Shown here: positions 39,235-54,435 of the stretch, in pieces
Layout of the letters: each line of letters starts with the position of its first letter
Position numbering within the stretch: the first letter of the stretch is position 1
NCBI RefSeq assembly: GCF_009914755.1
Contig: NC_060928.1
Source: the human T2T-CHM13v2.0 reference genome, Homo sapiens
Reading direction: 5' to 3' (one strand)
DNA length: 64,000 nucleotides
The notes under the pieces: generated by a model
What the model saw: the letters and a program-made list of their open reading frames with translations, nothing else
The model's database searches: none
Told to the model about the DNA's origin: nothing
Program-made: the position numbers and the translations under genes

Positions 39235-40484
39235 TGAGATCACAGAACAGGCTAACTGTCTTTGGGTTGCTTTGCAATGAAATGCATGGTAAAATCATGC
39301 TCTGTCTTGTTCCGTAGCATTTCTTTTTTGGGGATTCAGGATCTAGTATGAAAAAGGGACCCTGAAGTTTTGGGGATCTGTTTTGCCTTCCAGCTCTGTA
39401 TGCTTATTAGGCCCTAGAAACTGCACGTTTTCCTAGCCCTGTTCCTCCAAGGGCTCCACCTTGAAGCCAGTAATCCAATTAAGAAACAAAAACTGGCAAA
39501 TGAAAAATCCTACAACTACTGGATCTTCTGTCTGTCTGTGTAGTTATATGTGTGTTATGTGTGTAATGTTTATATATGAAAGAGCTCTAATTAATGTTTT
39601 AAAAATAACAAGTGCTTAAATCAAATATTTTGTCAGAAAAATAAAAACTGTAATGCCTTTCAGTTGATGTTGTTACTGGTGGAAGGTATCCAAGTTACCA
39701 GCAGCGAATCTGCACTAGTCAGCACCAACCTCGATCCTTGCCTCCTCAGGAGAAACAATTCCACTGAGGGGCATAAGGCAGAAAAAGAGACCAAGGCAAG
39801 TTTCAGAGCAGGAGTGGAAGCTTATTTAAAAAGGCTTTAGAACAGGAAAGAAATGAAAGTATGCTTGGAAGAGACTCAAGCAGGCACGTGGGCACGTGAA
39901 GGTCAAGTGCAGTGTTGAACCTTGATCCTAGGACTTTATAGGCTGGCTCTTTTCCCATGATTCTTTCCTTAGGGTGAGCTGCCCGCATGCACAGTGCCCT
40001 CCCTATCCTTGGGAGGTGAGCACATGCAGTGTGTTTAGGAAGTTGTACACATGCCCACCCAAGGCTTTCTTCCCTTTTCCCATGGAGTGCCACGGAAAGG
40101 TCATACTCTGCCGTTTTGTCTCTTAATGCATTTGCCTGGGAAGTTGCATCTCCCTGGCATCTGCATTCAATTAACACTTTAGTGCAATAGGTGTGGACCA
40201 TCAGGAAATGGCGTCTCCCTGACCCTAGGTGCCAATGTATGACTTTTAGAGAGGCAATGTGATAACTGCTGAGCCATCACCCAACATTCCTGGTGGGTGG
40301 GAGAAGAGCCCTTTCCTGCCCTGCTCATGCTGTCTAATGGCCTGTGACAGCATGACTTTAGTAGGCTTTGGGAAATCAAGAGTTTTGAAGATTATTGGTA
40401 AAATAAAGACATTTGGTTGAAATTAGGTCAGACATTAGGTTTGCTAAATGCTTTAAGGTAATAAACTGCTTCTAAAAAAAAAAA
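39235..40484 (+). mobile_element. ERV-internal (MER4-group-like) fragment ending in AATAAA + poly-A, with a nested LTR19/MER50-like LTR (-, 39671-40349)
   Basis: Internal ERV-like sequence interrupts L1 ORF1; AATAAA at 40460-40465 and A11 at 40474-40484. Confidence 0.6.
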
Positions 40485-40868
40485 GAATGACATTTCTCCA
40501 AATTTTGTGGAAAACATAAATCTACAGATTCAAGAAGTAAAGCAAAACCTAAGCAAGATATTTGTAAAGAAAATCATACCAAAAACATCATGGTCAAACT
40601 ATTGAAAATCAAAGAACCAAAGAACCAGAGAAAATCTTAAAGGCAGCTAGAGAAAATGACATAGCACAAGTCGGGTGTGTAAGTGAAGGGTTATGATTCA
40701 AAAACAATGAAGGCAAGAGGACAATAGAATGACATATTTACAGTTGAACTTAGATGGGTAAGGATAGCAATATCAACCCAGAAGTCTGTATCCAGAGGAC
40801 ATAGCATTTGAAAATGATGGTAAAATAAAGACAATTTCTAATAAATTAAAACTTAAATTTATCACCAG

Positions 40869-41219
40869 TGTATTAGTCTGTTTTCATGCTGCAGATGAGG
40901 ACATACCTGAGACTGGGCAATTTACAAAAGAAAGAGGTTTACTGGACTTACAATTTCACATGGCTGGGGAGGCCTTGCAATTATGGGGGAAGGCAAAGAG
41001 GAGAAAGTCACATCTAACGTGGATGGGAGCGGGCAAGGAGAGCTTGGGCAGGGAAACTCCTGTTTTTCAAACCATCAGATCTCATGAGACTCACTTACCA
41101 TCATGAAAACAGTATTGGAAAGATCTGCCCCCATGACTCAAACACCTCCCACCTCCCACCTCCCACAACACGTGGGAATTGAAGATGAGATTTGGTGGAG
41201 ACACAGCCAAGCCATATTA
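40869..41219 (-). mobile_element. THE1B-like solo LTR
   Basis: tgtattagtctgttttcatgctgc...; TSD accag/atcag. Confidence 0.85.
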
Positions 41220-41575
41220 ATCAGCAAATCTGCATTATAAAATTTGTTTTTAATTCTTCAGAGGAAAGGGAAATGATACTAGATAGAAACTCTGATCTAC
41301 AAAAAGGAAGGAAGAACACCGGAAGTTGTAACTATGTGGGTAATTTCTCTAAAAAAGCAATTAAGGCAAAAATTATTCACTGTATTTAAATATTTAGGTC
41401 TAGTATACATGACAGCAATAACATAAACGATGGGGCATAAATGGAATGACACTAAGTTCTTACCTCTTATGTCAAATAGTACAACATTGGCTCTTAGTAC
41501 ACTGAGATAATTTAAGGATGAGTATTGAAAACCCTAGTGTAAGCACTAAAAATTAATGTAAAGAAGTATAACAGA

Positions 41576-43258
<1,683 letters not shown>

Positions 43259-44014
43259 GGAGAATTCAGCTAAAGCAGTGCTTAGAGGGCAATTTATAGC
43301 CTTAAAATACTAGCATTGGAAAAGCAGAAAGATCCAGAATCAATCATCTTCTACTCTAAGCAACTAGAAAAAGAAGAGGAAATCAAAACTCAAGTGAGCA
43401 ATAAAGAGCAAAATAAGGCAATGGACCAGAAAACAGAAAATCAATGGAACCAAAACATGACATTTTGAAAAGATTTAAAAATTGATAAACTTCTAGCTAG
43501 ATTAGTCAGAAAAAGAAAACATACAAACTGCCACTATCAAGAATATCTGAACAAAGACAAGGTCCCTGCCCTCCTGGACGTCTACTGGAGGAAAGAAATG
43601 TCATACAATTAAATCTATAGTTACAGATTATGGTAAACTCTGAGAGAGAATTCTGTCGCGGAGAAGCCGCTTTTGGTTGCAGGAGGGCACCTCTTTGAAA
43701 ATTACTCACCTTCCCGCCCTCCACTGGGAGTAAAGCGAGCTGTGCCCAGCTTCTCCCCGCGCTCACGGAAGCAGGTGGCGGCCCCACCCCACCTGACCCC
43801 TCAAAAGCCCCGCCCCCTGTTCACTCCCACGTGCCCCGCTGCCGCCGCCGCCGCCGCCACGACCCTTCTGCGCAGGCGCGGGGGTGGTGCCTGGCGGAGG
43901 CGCGAGGTGGGGCGCGGCCGGCGGCGAGGCGGGACAACCGCTGGGCGGGCGCCAAGCGTGCCCGTGCGCTGGTGAGGTGGCGTCCGTTCTACCCGGTCGC
44001 TCCCGTTCCGCGCC

Positions 44015-44050
44015 ATGCAGAGCCCAGTCTCTGGCACCTGGCTGCTCTGA
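44015..44050 (+). promoter_or_regulatory. Candidate upstream ORF (MQSPVSGTWLL*) in the PI4K2B 5' leader
   Basis: gccATG at 44015 and TGA at 44048-44050; out of frame with the main ATG. Confidence 0.5.
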
Positions 44051-44084
44051 TCTGGTCTCAGCGCGGAGGGAGCAGAGGGAGTCC

Positions 44085-44352
44085 ATGGAGGATCCCTCCG
44101 AGCCCGACCGGTTGGCGTCCGCGGACGGCGGGAGCCCGGAGGAGGAGGAGGATGGGGAGCGGGAGCCGCTGCTACCGCGGATCGCCTGGGCCCACCCGCG
44201 GAGAGGCGCCCCAGGCAGCGCCGTGAGGCTGCTGGACGCTGCCGGGGAGGAGGGCGAGGCCGGCGACGAGGAGCTGCCCCTCCCGCCCGGGGACGTGGGG
44301 GTCTCCCGGAGTTCGCCCGCCGAGCTGGACCGGAGCCGCCCCGCGGTTTCAG
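44085..44352 (+). CDS. PI4K2B: Phosphatidylinositol 4-kinase type 2 beta, coding exon 1
   Basis: MEDPSEPDRLASADGGSPEEEEDGEREPLLPR...RSRPAVS is recognised as the PI4K2B N-terminus, including the EREPLL dileucine motif. Donor AG|gtgcga; 268 nt (phase 1). Confidence 0.95.
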
Positions 44353-45806
44353 GTGCGACCCGGCCCTGCCCCACTCCCCGCGCCCCTCCGGGCGGCTGCC
44401 CCTGTCGCCCGGCTCGGTCCTGTCTCCCGCGCGCGCTGGCCGAGGTGGACGGGCTTTCCCCGCTCGCTGGGCAGCAGCTCCCGAGCTCGGACCGGCGCCA
44501 GCCGCAGCCGCACCGCGGGCACCTAGCTTGCTCGCTCTTTCTCCGGGAGCTCCCTCTCCTAAGGCCAGTGGTTGTCATTAAACCGATTCTTTAGACCTCC
44601 CCGCAAAGTGAGTCAAAACTTCTAGAAACCGACACTGGGGAGAGGTTAACGCTGTAAAATGACGTAAGTCCTTGCTCAAGTTTGGACTTGACTTTTGAAT
44701 TAAGAACCTTGAACTCTCAGGAAAGTTCCCGGAGTGGTGAATTTGCAAAGTGGATGACAGGAGAGAGATGGACAGCCAGAATATCCAGTTGCCACTGGGG
44801 CACGTTTCAAAACCTTTTTCTATTAAATGTTGTTATTATGAAGTTAGCCACAGGGGGCAAAAGCAGTTGAAAGTCTGTTCCTGCCCTCTTACAGTTTAGT
44901 TTCTCTTTCTTGATTTACTTCTAATACATAAGAAAACCAAAACGAAAAACCTCTTTTCGCTATTAAGCGGACTGATAACCTCAGGCGAAACAGGGCAGTT
45001 GAAATGATGTTGAAGGTTAAATTTAGGTATGCTGTGCAGGCCTGGATATTTATTAATAAAGTGAGTTTTTCTGGCGTGTTGAATGGAGTTAGACAAATGT
45101 GATGGAAATAGCAAGAGACTTGTAAGACTCTCAGCTAGAGGTGAGACAGACTTGTTTGTAAAAAGGCGATGGTACACCTCCCTGCTGGTTGTGAGGATGG
45201 ATTAAATGAGATGTTGTGCACCCGGTTGGTTTATCGCTTCACACATGACAACTTAAAAACCACAGAAAATGGAAGTTTCTTTAACACTGCTTAGTTTTTT
45301 TTGGAATTGTTAGATTTTAAATGTACTGTTAGTGGTACACTAATGTGTCCTTTACAGTTTAAAGAATTTTGGATAGAATCGGTCACTCAAGTTCTAGCTA
45401 GAGGCTACATTCAGGCATATTCTAGAGTAAATAAATCAGAGAATCCCAAGGGGAGCCGTTTGTCTGATTGTTTAAGCTTTAACCAACGTCTGCTCCCGTT
45501 ATAATGTTACCTGATGGATGCATTGACGTTTAACCAAACAACGTGAAGCTGAAACCAGATCACAAACGGGTCTGCATTTGCCTAGCTACATTGGCAATTT
45601 GGGTATATGTTACTTAGAATTTAGTCTGTAAAATAGCTAGCTTGCCTTTTTCTGTCCCTTACCTTGTGTAAGCTACCTTGTGTACCTGGATTTTTAAAAG
45701 AGCCTAAAGCCTTCAAAATGCACTTGTTCTGTGAAAGTGAGGTGTTTTATAAACAAACAGTATTAAGGCTAGAAAAAAATCAAAGCGAGAGGTCAACGAG
45801 ATGGCA

Positions 45807-47810
<2,004 letters not shown>

Positions 47811-48337
47811 CACAAAGAAGTGAAGTGACTTCTCCAAGGTCCCAGTTAATACAAATCAGGAGCGCTTAGCTCCTGTTAGAGAGCCTAACAGTTAGAAAAC
47901 AGTGTTAGAATTCACAAAGAGCTGCCAAAGTAAAAGAAAATGTGAATTTGTAAGTCATTTAATGATTCATGGTGGTTTATAAATATGTGAACAGAATAAG
48001 AAAATCATTTAAAAGGAAGAAAGATGAGAAGATGGAGCCTGGAGTAAGATTACACAAGATGTACCTCAGATGCTTGATGCAGGCAACCCACAGATTTGAT
48101 TTTTGAAATTACTGAGCAGCTAACTTGAGAGAAACACAATCATGTGGTCTATACAGTTAAAATAAACTGGTTATTTGAACCAAAACAGAACAGACAAAGG
48201 GTAGCCTGTCACAGTCTCTTGGTGAATGCTGTATGCTGAACAATATCTGTGATTAAAGTGATTAATTTCATAAAGGTAGTTCTTATAACTTCCCTAAAGT
48301 CCATTTCAGCAGAAATGGTTTTAACTACTGGTGCTAT

Positions 48338-49560
48338 TGTGTCCGGAATTGGTGGGTTCTTGGTCTCACTGACTTCAAGAATGAAGCCATGGACCCTCGC
48401 GGTTAGTGTTACAGTTCTTAAAGGCGGTGTGTTCGGAGTTTGTTCCTTCTGATGTTCGGATGTGTTCGGAGTTTCTTCCTTCTGGTGGGTTCGTGGTCTC
48501 GCTGGCTCAGGAGTGAAGCTGCGACCTTCACGGTGAGAGTTATGGCTCTTAAGCTGGCGCGTCTGGAGTTGTTCATTCCTCCTGGTGGGTTCCTGGTCTC
48601 GCTGGCTTCAGGAGTGAAGCTGCAGACCTTTGCGGTGAGTGTTACAGCTCATAAAGGCAGTGTGGACCCAAAGAGTGAGCAGCAGCAAGATTTATTGCAA
48701 AGAGCGAAAGAACAAAGCTTCCACAGTGTGGAAGGGGACCTGAGCAGGTTGCCACTGCTGGTTCGGGCAGCCTGCTTTTATTCCCTTATCTGGCCCCACC
48801 CACATCCTGCTGATTGGTCCATTTTACAGAGCACTGATTGGTCTGTTTTACAGAGAGCTGATTGGTCCATTTTGACAGGGTGCTGATTGGTGCGTTTACA
48901 ATCCCTGAGCTAGACACAAAAGTTCTCCAAGTCCCCACTAGATTAGCTAGATACAGAGCACTGATTGGTGCATTTACAAACCTTGAGCTAGATACAGAGT
49001 GCTGATTGGTGTATTTACAATCCCTTAGCTAGACATAAAGGTTCTCTAAGTCCCCACTAGACTCAGGAGTCCAGCTGGCTTCACCCAGTGGATCCCACAC
49101 TGGGGCCACAGGTGGAGCTGCCTGCCAGTCCCGTGCCTTGCGCCCACACTCCTCAGCCCTTGGGTGGTCGATGGGACGGGGCACCATGGAGCAGGGGGTG
49201 GCGCTTGTTGGGGAGGCTCGGGCTGTGCAGGATCCCACAGCAGCAGGGGGAGGCTCAGGCATGGCCGGCTGTAGGTCCTGAGCCCTGCCCTACGGGGAGG
49301 CAGCTAAGGCCCAGTGAGAAAGCGAGCACGGTGCCCGCAAGTGCCACATGCAACCCCAGTTCCCGCCCACACCTGTCCCTCCACACCTCCCCACAAGCTG
49401 AGGGAGCTGGCTCTGGCCTCAGCTAGTCCAGAAAGGGGCTCCCACAGTGCAGTGGCGGGCTGAAGGGCTCCTCAAGTGCGGCCAGAGTGGGCGCCGAGGC
49501 CGAGGAGGCGCCGAGAGTGAGCGAGGGCTGCAAGGGCTACCAGCACACTGTCACCTCTCA
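48338..49560 (-). promoter_or_regulatory. 3' LTR (LTR12)
   Basis: tgtgtccggaattggtggg...gtcacctctca; six CCAAT (gattgg) boxes. The PPT atcccccctct lies at 49561-49571. Confidence 0.92.
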
Positions 49561-49574
49561 ATCCCCCCTCTAAA

Positions 49575-50455
49575 CAGGACACCCCAACTGCTGTTGGGAA
49601 TTTGGCCAATGACTGCTCTAGCTACTTCCTGCTGGATAGGGGCAATGAAGTGGCCCTGCAGTTTTAGTGTCCTCCAGAGGGGAGCTCTCTAGGCCAGTAA
49701 AAGTGCCAGCAGGTTGGTCCAGGGGTCCTCAGTAGAATTTGTTAGTTGAACTCATTTGGGGTTCCATTTGTAAGACCATTTGTAGCTTGATGGCCTCGAT
49801 GCTAGAGGAAACAAATTTGACAAGAAGGTTAAAAATACAGGGTCCAAAGGCAAGTAACAGCAAGATGGCTGCCACAGGACCTAGAAAGGGGAGAAGTCAT
49901 GTTGCCCAACTCCAGAGGTTGGTATAAGAGTTTGAAAGGCATTGTCTGATTTCAGAAGCCTTTTCCTGTAAACACCAGGTGGCATCTCGTACTGGTTAGT
50001 GTAAAAATAACACTCTTCCCCTAAGAAGGTGCAGAGTCCTTTCTCAGCAGCGAAGAGGTCTAGGCCTTGGCGGTTTTGGAGATTCACTGCTGCCAAAGAG
50101 TCTATTTGGGATTGTAGAGTAAGGATAGATTTTGTTATTTCTTGCAAACTGTCTGAAAAATCCTTTGAGAGTGTGTGGTAGTAGAATAATGAAGTAGATA
50201 AACTGGCTATTCTGGTTCCTGTAGCAGTAGCCATTCCTAACCCTATAAGTAGGGGTATTAATTGTATGGCTCTGCACTAATGTAGTTGAGCTTTGAGGGG
50301 TACTGATAGGGTCTGATTTCCTGGGGCAATGGTAATGTTGGGACTTAGAAAGACTAAGGTGCAGGTGCCAGTCCAGTTAGTGGGGAGGCAGATATTGGTC
50401 GATGTTCCACATAACAAGAATATGCCTTGGCTGGGTAGACAGAAATTTACCCTGG
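49575..50455 (-). pseudogene. HERV9 env remnant (end of SU + TM)
   Basis: Fusion-peptide-like AIQLIPLLIGLGMATATG and immunosuppressive domain LQNRQGLDLFAAEKGLC; frameshifted. Confidence 0.85.
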
Positions 50456-50494
50456 CTTTTAAAGGAATAGGGTATGCTGTTTTTCTTTACTACT

Positions 50495-50712
50495 TCCATC
50501 TCTCTTTCTTTCTCTTTGATTTCTTTGTCTCTTCCTCTCTTTCTGACTCTCTGACTTTGTGTCTGTCCCTCTTTCTTTCTGACTCCTTCTCTTTGTCACT
50601 TTCTCTTTGACTCTCTGTTTCTTCCTCTCTCTGTCTCCTTCTCTTTGTCTCTCTGTTTCTGTCTCTCTGTCTCTTCCTCTCTGTCTCTTTCTTTGACTTC
50701 CTGTCTCTTTCC
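50495..50712. repeat. TC-rich low-complexity tract at the pol/env deletion junction
   Basis: Seen directly in the sequence. Confidence 0.9.
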
Positions 50713-50749
50713 TTCCTACTGGTCTTTCCCTGCCTCTGCCAGCCACTTA

Positions 50750-52982
50750 TGCTGCTGTTCTCCCCTCTTCTTCCCCTTTTTGATGGCTTTGGCAGTGTAA
50801 GACTGCCACCCCCTTGGGTTTTTTGCACTGCATGCAATAACTCTATAATTTCCTTGTGGTATTTAGTGGGGGTTCCCCCGGAGGTTAGGAACTCCCTTTC
50901 TTTCCACATTGCAGCATGGGCATGTAGGATTAGATAAGCATACATGCTATCTGTATACACATTTATTCTTTTTCCCTTTCCCAGTTCTAAGGCTCTGGTA
51001 AGTGCCACTAGTTCTGCTAACTGGACACTGGTCCCTGGGGGAAGAGGCTTACTTTCAAGTATGGTTACATCACTAACTATGGTGTAACCTGCCCTTCGTA
51101 TCCCATTCTCCACAAATGAACTTCCATCGGTATATAGGTTAAGGTCAGGATTAGTTAAGGGGACTTCTAAGAGATCATCTTGGGTGGCATAAATCTGGAC
51201 TATAATTTGTTGGCAGTCATGCTCGATTGGTTCCCCATCCTCTGGGAGAAAAGTGGCAGGGTTGAGGGCCATGCATGTGCGTATTTGAAGCACTGGTCCC
51301 TCAAGGAGTAGCACCTGGTATCTAAGTAGGCGGTTGTCTGATAGCCATAAACTTCCTTTGGCACCTAGTATGCCATTTACATCATGAGTAGTCCAGACAG
51401 TGAGATCCTTTCCTTGTATGATTTTGATAGTTTCTGACACCAAGACGGCCACTGCTGCAACTACACTTAAACAGTGAGGCCAGCCTTTTGCTACTACATC
51501 AGTTTCCTTACTTAGGTATGCCACTGGTTGTGGGGTTGTCCCAGGAGTCTGAGTAAGGACTCCAAGAGCTATCTCGGCTCCCTCTGTGACGTATAAAGAG
51601 AAGTTTTGTCCTGTGGGAAGGCTTAAAGCTGGAGCTTGTACTAGGGCCTGCTTTAAGGTTTTGAAGGCTGTTTCTGCCTCTGGTTCCCATTCTACTAGAT
51701 GAGTATTTGCCCTCTGGGTTTCCTTGTTTAGAGTATAGAGGGGCCTGGCTATCTCGCTGTATCCAGGGATGCATAGTCAGCAAAAGCCGGTAATTCCAAG
51801 GAACCCACTTAACTGTTTTAATGTCTTAGGGTGAGGATAAGCCAGTATAGGCTGTATTCGTTCCTTGCTGAGGGCCCTGGTCCCTCTGGCTAAGATTAGG
51901 CCTAGATATTTGACCTGCTGTAGGCAAAGCTGGGCCTTCGACCTAGACACCTTGTACCCTTGATTAGCTAGAAAGTTCAAGAGATCTAGAGTAGCCTGCT
52001 GGCATGAGGCTTCCAAACTGGTAGCCAAAAGTAAATCATCCACATATTGAAGGACCAGAGTGCCTGGACTTGAGAAGTGGCCTAGACCTTGGGCCAGTGC
52101 CTGACTAAACAGATGAGGGCTATCCCTAAACCCCTGGGGCAAGACCTTCCACGTAAGTTGGGACTTGTGGTCTGTGGGATCCTCAAAGGCAAAGAGGAAC
52201 TGGGAGTCAGAGTGCAGGGGAATACAGAAGAAGGCATACTTGAGGTCCAGAACCGTGAACCATTCTGCTTCCTCCGGTATTTGAGAGAGCAGGGTATTGG
52301 GGTTGGGTACCACTGGATATAGAGGAATTACTGCCTCATTGATGAGTCTAAGATCTTGCACTAGTCTCCACTGACCATTCAGTTTTTGTACTCCCAGAAT
52401 TGGGGTGTTGCAGGGACTGCTGCATTTCCTTACTAAGCCTTGAGCTTTCAAATGTTTAACAATATTCTGTAATCCTTTATGAGTTTTAGGCCTTACCAGA
52501 TATTGCCTTTGGTAAGGAAAAGTGGTGGGATCTTTTAACCTGATTTGGACTGGCTGGGCATTTTTTGCCCTTCGAAAGTGTCCTTCCAATGCCCAGACTT
52601 CAGGGTTGATTCCCTCCTCAAGTAGGGGACAACAAATGGGTAACTTGTTCCCTATATTCATGCAGATAACAGCTCCAGCCTTGGCTAATATATCCCTCCC
52701 TAATAAGGGTGTGGGACTTTCAGGCATAACAAGAAATGCATGTGAAAAGAGCAAAGTCTCCCAATTACAACTGAGGAGGTGGGAGAAATACCTGGTTACA
52801 GGCTGTCCCAGGATTCCTCAGATGGTAGTGGACCTTGAGGACAGTCGTCCAGGACAGGAGATTAACACTGAGAAGGCCGCGCCCGTGTCCAGGATGAAGT
52901 CAATTTCCTGGCCCTCAATAGTTAAACATACCCAGGGCTCAGTGAGGGTGATGACATGAGCTGGCGCTTGCCCCGGGCACCC
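50750..52982 (-). pseudogene. HERV9 pro-pol (protease, RT, RNase H; integrase absent)
   Basis: Motifs FILDTGA, LPQGFRDSP, YVDD, YTDGSS, AELVAL and YTDS. In-frame TGA stops at 52818-52820 and 51777-51779. Confidence 0.92.
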
Positions 52983-54435
52983 TCAGTCCTGTTGTTGGAT
53001 CATCTGGTTGGGGGCTTCTGACCCAGGGAACCTTCGTCCTCTGGGGCAGTGCACCTTCCAGTGATTGCTTCGGCATAGTGGACATGGATGAGGGGGCAGC
53101 TTGTTTCTCATTGGACAATCTTTTTTAAAGCATCCTAGTAAACCACACTGATAACAAGCCCTACCGGGTGATTGGCCTGCTCCATTTTCTGTCCTCTCTG
53201 AACCACCAAGGTTTGTTTGTCTGAGGGCCATGACTAAGGCTGCGGCCTTTCTCTGATCTTGCTTTTCCTTTTGGGCCCGTTCCTTTTGGTCCCTATTATA
53301 GAACACCGAGGTTGCCAGGTTTAATAATGCCTCTAGATTTTGTTCAGGGCCCAGGCCTTGCTTTTGGAGCTTTCTCCTGATATCTGTGGCTGATTGGGTA
53401 ATAATTATCTTTTAGAATCAATTGACCCTCGAGTGATTCAGGTGACTGGGGAGTATATTTTCTTAAGGCCTCTCGTAGCCGCTCGAGGAAGGCAGAAGGA
53501 TTTTCTTCCTTTCCCTGAGTTATGGTGGACATCATTGAATAATTCATGAGCTTTTTTCTAATTCTCAGTCTTTCTAGAGCACAGGTCAACAGATGTTTAC
53601 GACTCCAGTCCCCATGATCTGGTCAAGGTCCCAGTGGGGATCCATACTGGGGATGGCTTGCTGACTGGTAGGGAATTTGTCCCTTTCTTCGGCTGTCATT
53701 CTATCATTTACTTGACTAAGACACCAGGTATCTCCAAACTCTTGGGCTGCATCTAAAGTCACATTCTTCTCATTAAAGGCCAGGATTTGATCTAAGAGTA
53801 GCATGACATCTCTCCAAGCAAGGTCGAAGGTTTGCCCTAGACCCTTTAGGACATCTATGTACCTATCAGGATCATCTGAAAACTTCCCCAGGTCTGCCTT
53901 GATCTGCTTTAAATCAGAGAGGGAGAAGGGGACATGTACCCAGGTTGGGCCAAATTCCCCTCCCCCTACAGCTTGAAGGGGACATAACCAATAGCCCGGG
54001 GGTTTGTGGTCCTTTGGAGATTTTTTTGCTTATTTCCTTCTGGGCAGGGGAGATTAGAGGAGGATTATCATTAATAGGAAGGGGAGCTATAGGGAGGCTA
54101 GGATATGGGGGTAAGCTGAGAAGTCCTCCTGTGGGATGTAAGTTGTAAGCTTTGCATAGTTGTGTATTCTCCCTCAATGAAAAGAAAGCTTGGACATAAG
54201 GTATTTCACTTCATTTGCTTTCCCTCTTACAGAAAAGGTCAAGCTGCTAGATAGTATTGTAATTTATACTTCCCTCAGGTGGCCATTTTTCCCCATCAGA
54301 GAGAGAATATTGGGGCCAAGCCATAGTGCAGAAAAAAATGAGCCGCCTCTTTTTCAGGGTTTATGGGTCAAATTGGTCCCAATGGCTTAGGATGCATTTC
54401 AAGGGTGAGTCTGTTGATGCCTGAGTGTTTCCCAT
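52983..54435 (-). pseudogene. HERV9 gag, frameshifted
   Basis: MGNTQAS start, [24 protein letters not shown], zinc knuckles CYQCGLLGCFKKDC and CPLCRSNHWKVHC, QQQD* end. Confidence 0.9.

Larger units (their letters stand above)
43740..44545 (+). promoter_or_regulatory. PI4K2B: CpG island / TATA-less promoter of PI4K2B, with GC boxes and a (GCC)6 tract at 43841-43858
   Basis: Very high GC and CpG density spanning exon 1; ccccgcccc and ggggcg GC boxes. Confidence 0.9.

Noticed and set aside
43841-43858. (GCC)6 as an expansion-type repeat
   Set aside because: Short and common in CpG islands; no instability is visible.
43763-44594. 271-aa antisense ORF and 236-aa read-through ORF
   Set aside because: GC-rich CpG-island artefacts. 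The real CDS starts at 44085 and splices at 44352.
48800-49030. Regularly spaced ctgattgg repeats (also 56050-56260)
   Set aside because: Known LTR12 U3 CCAAT tandem repeats.
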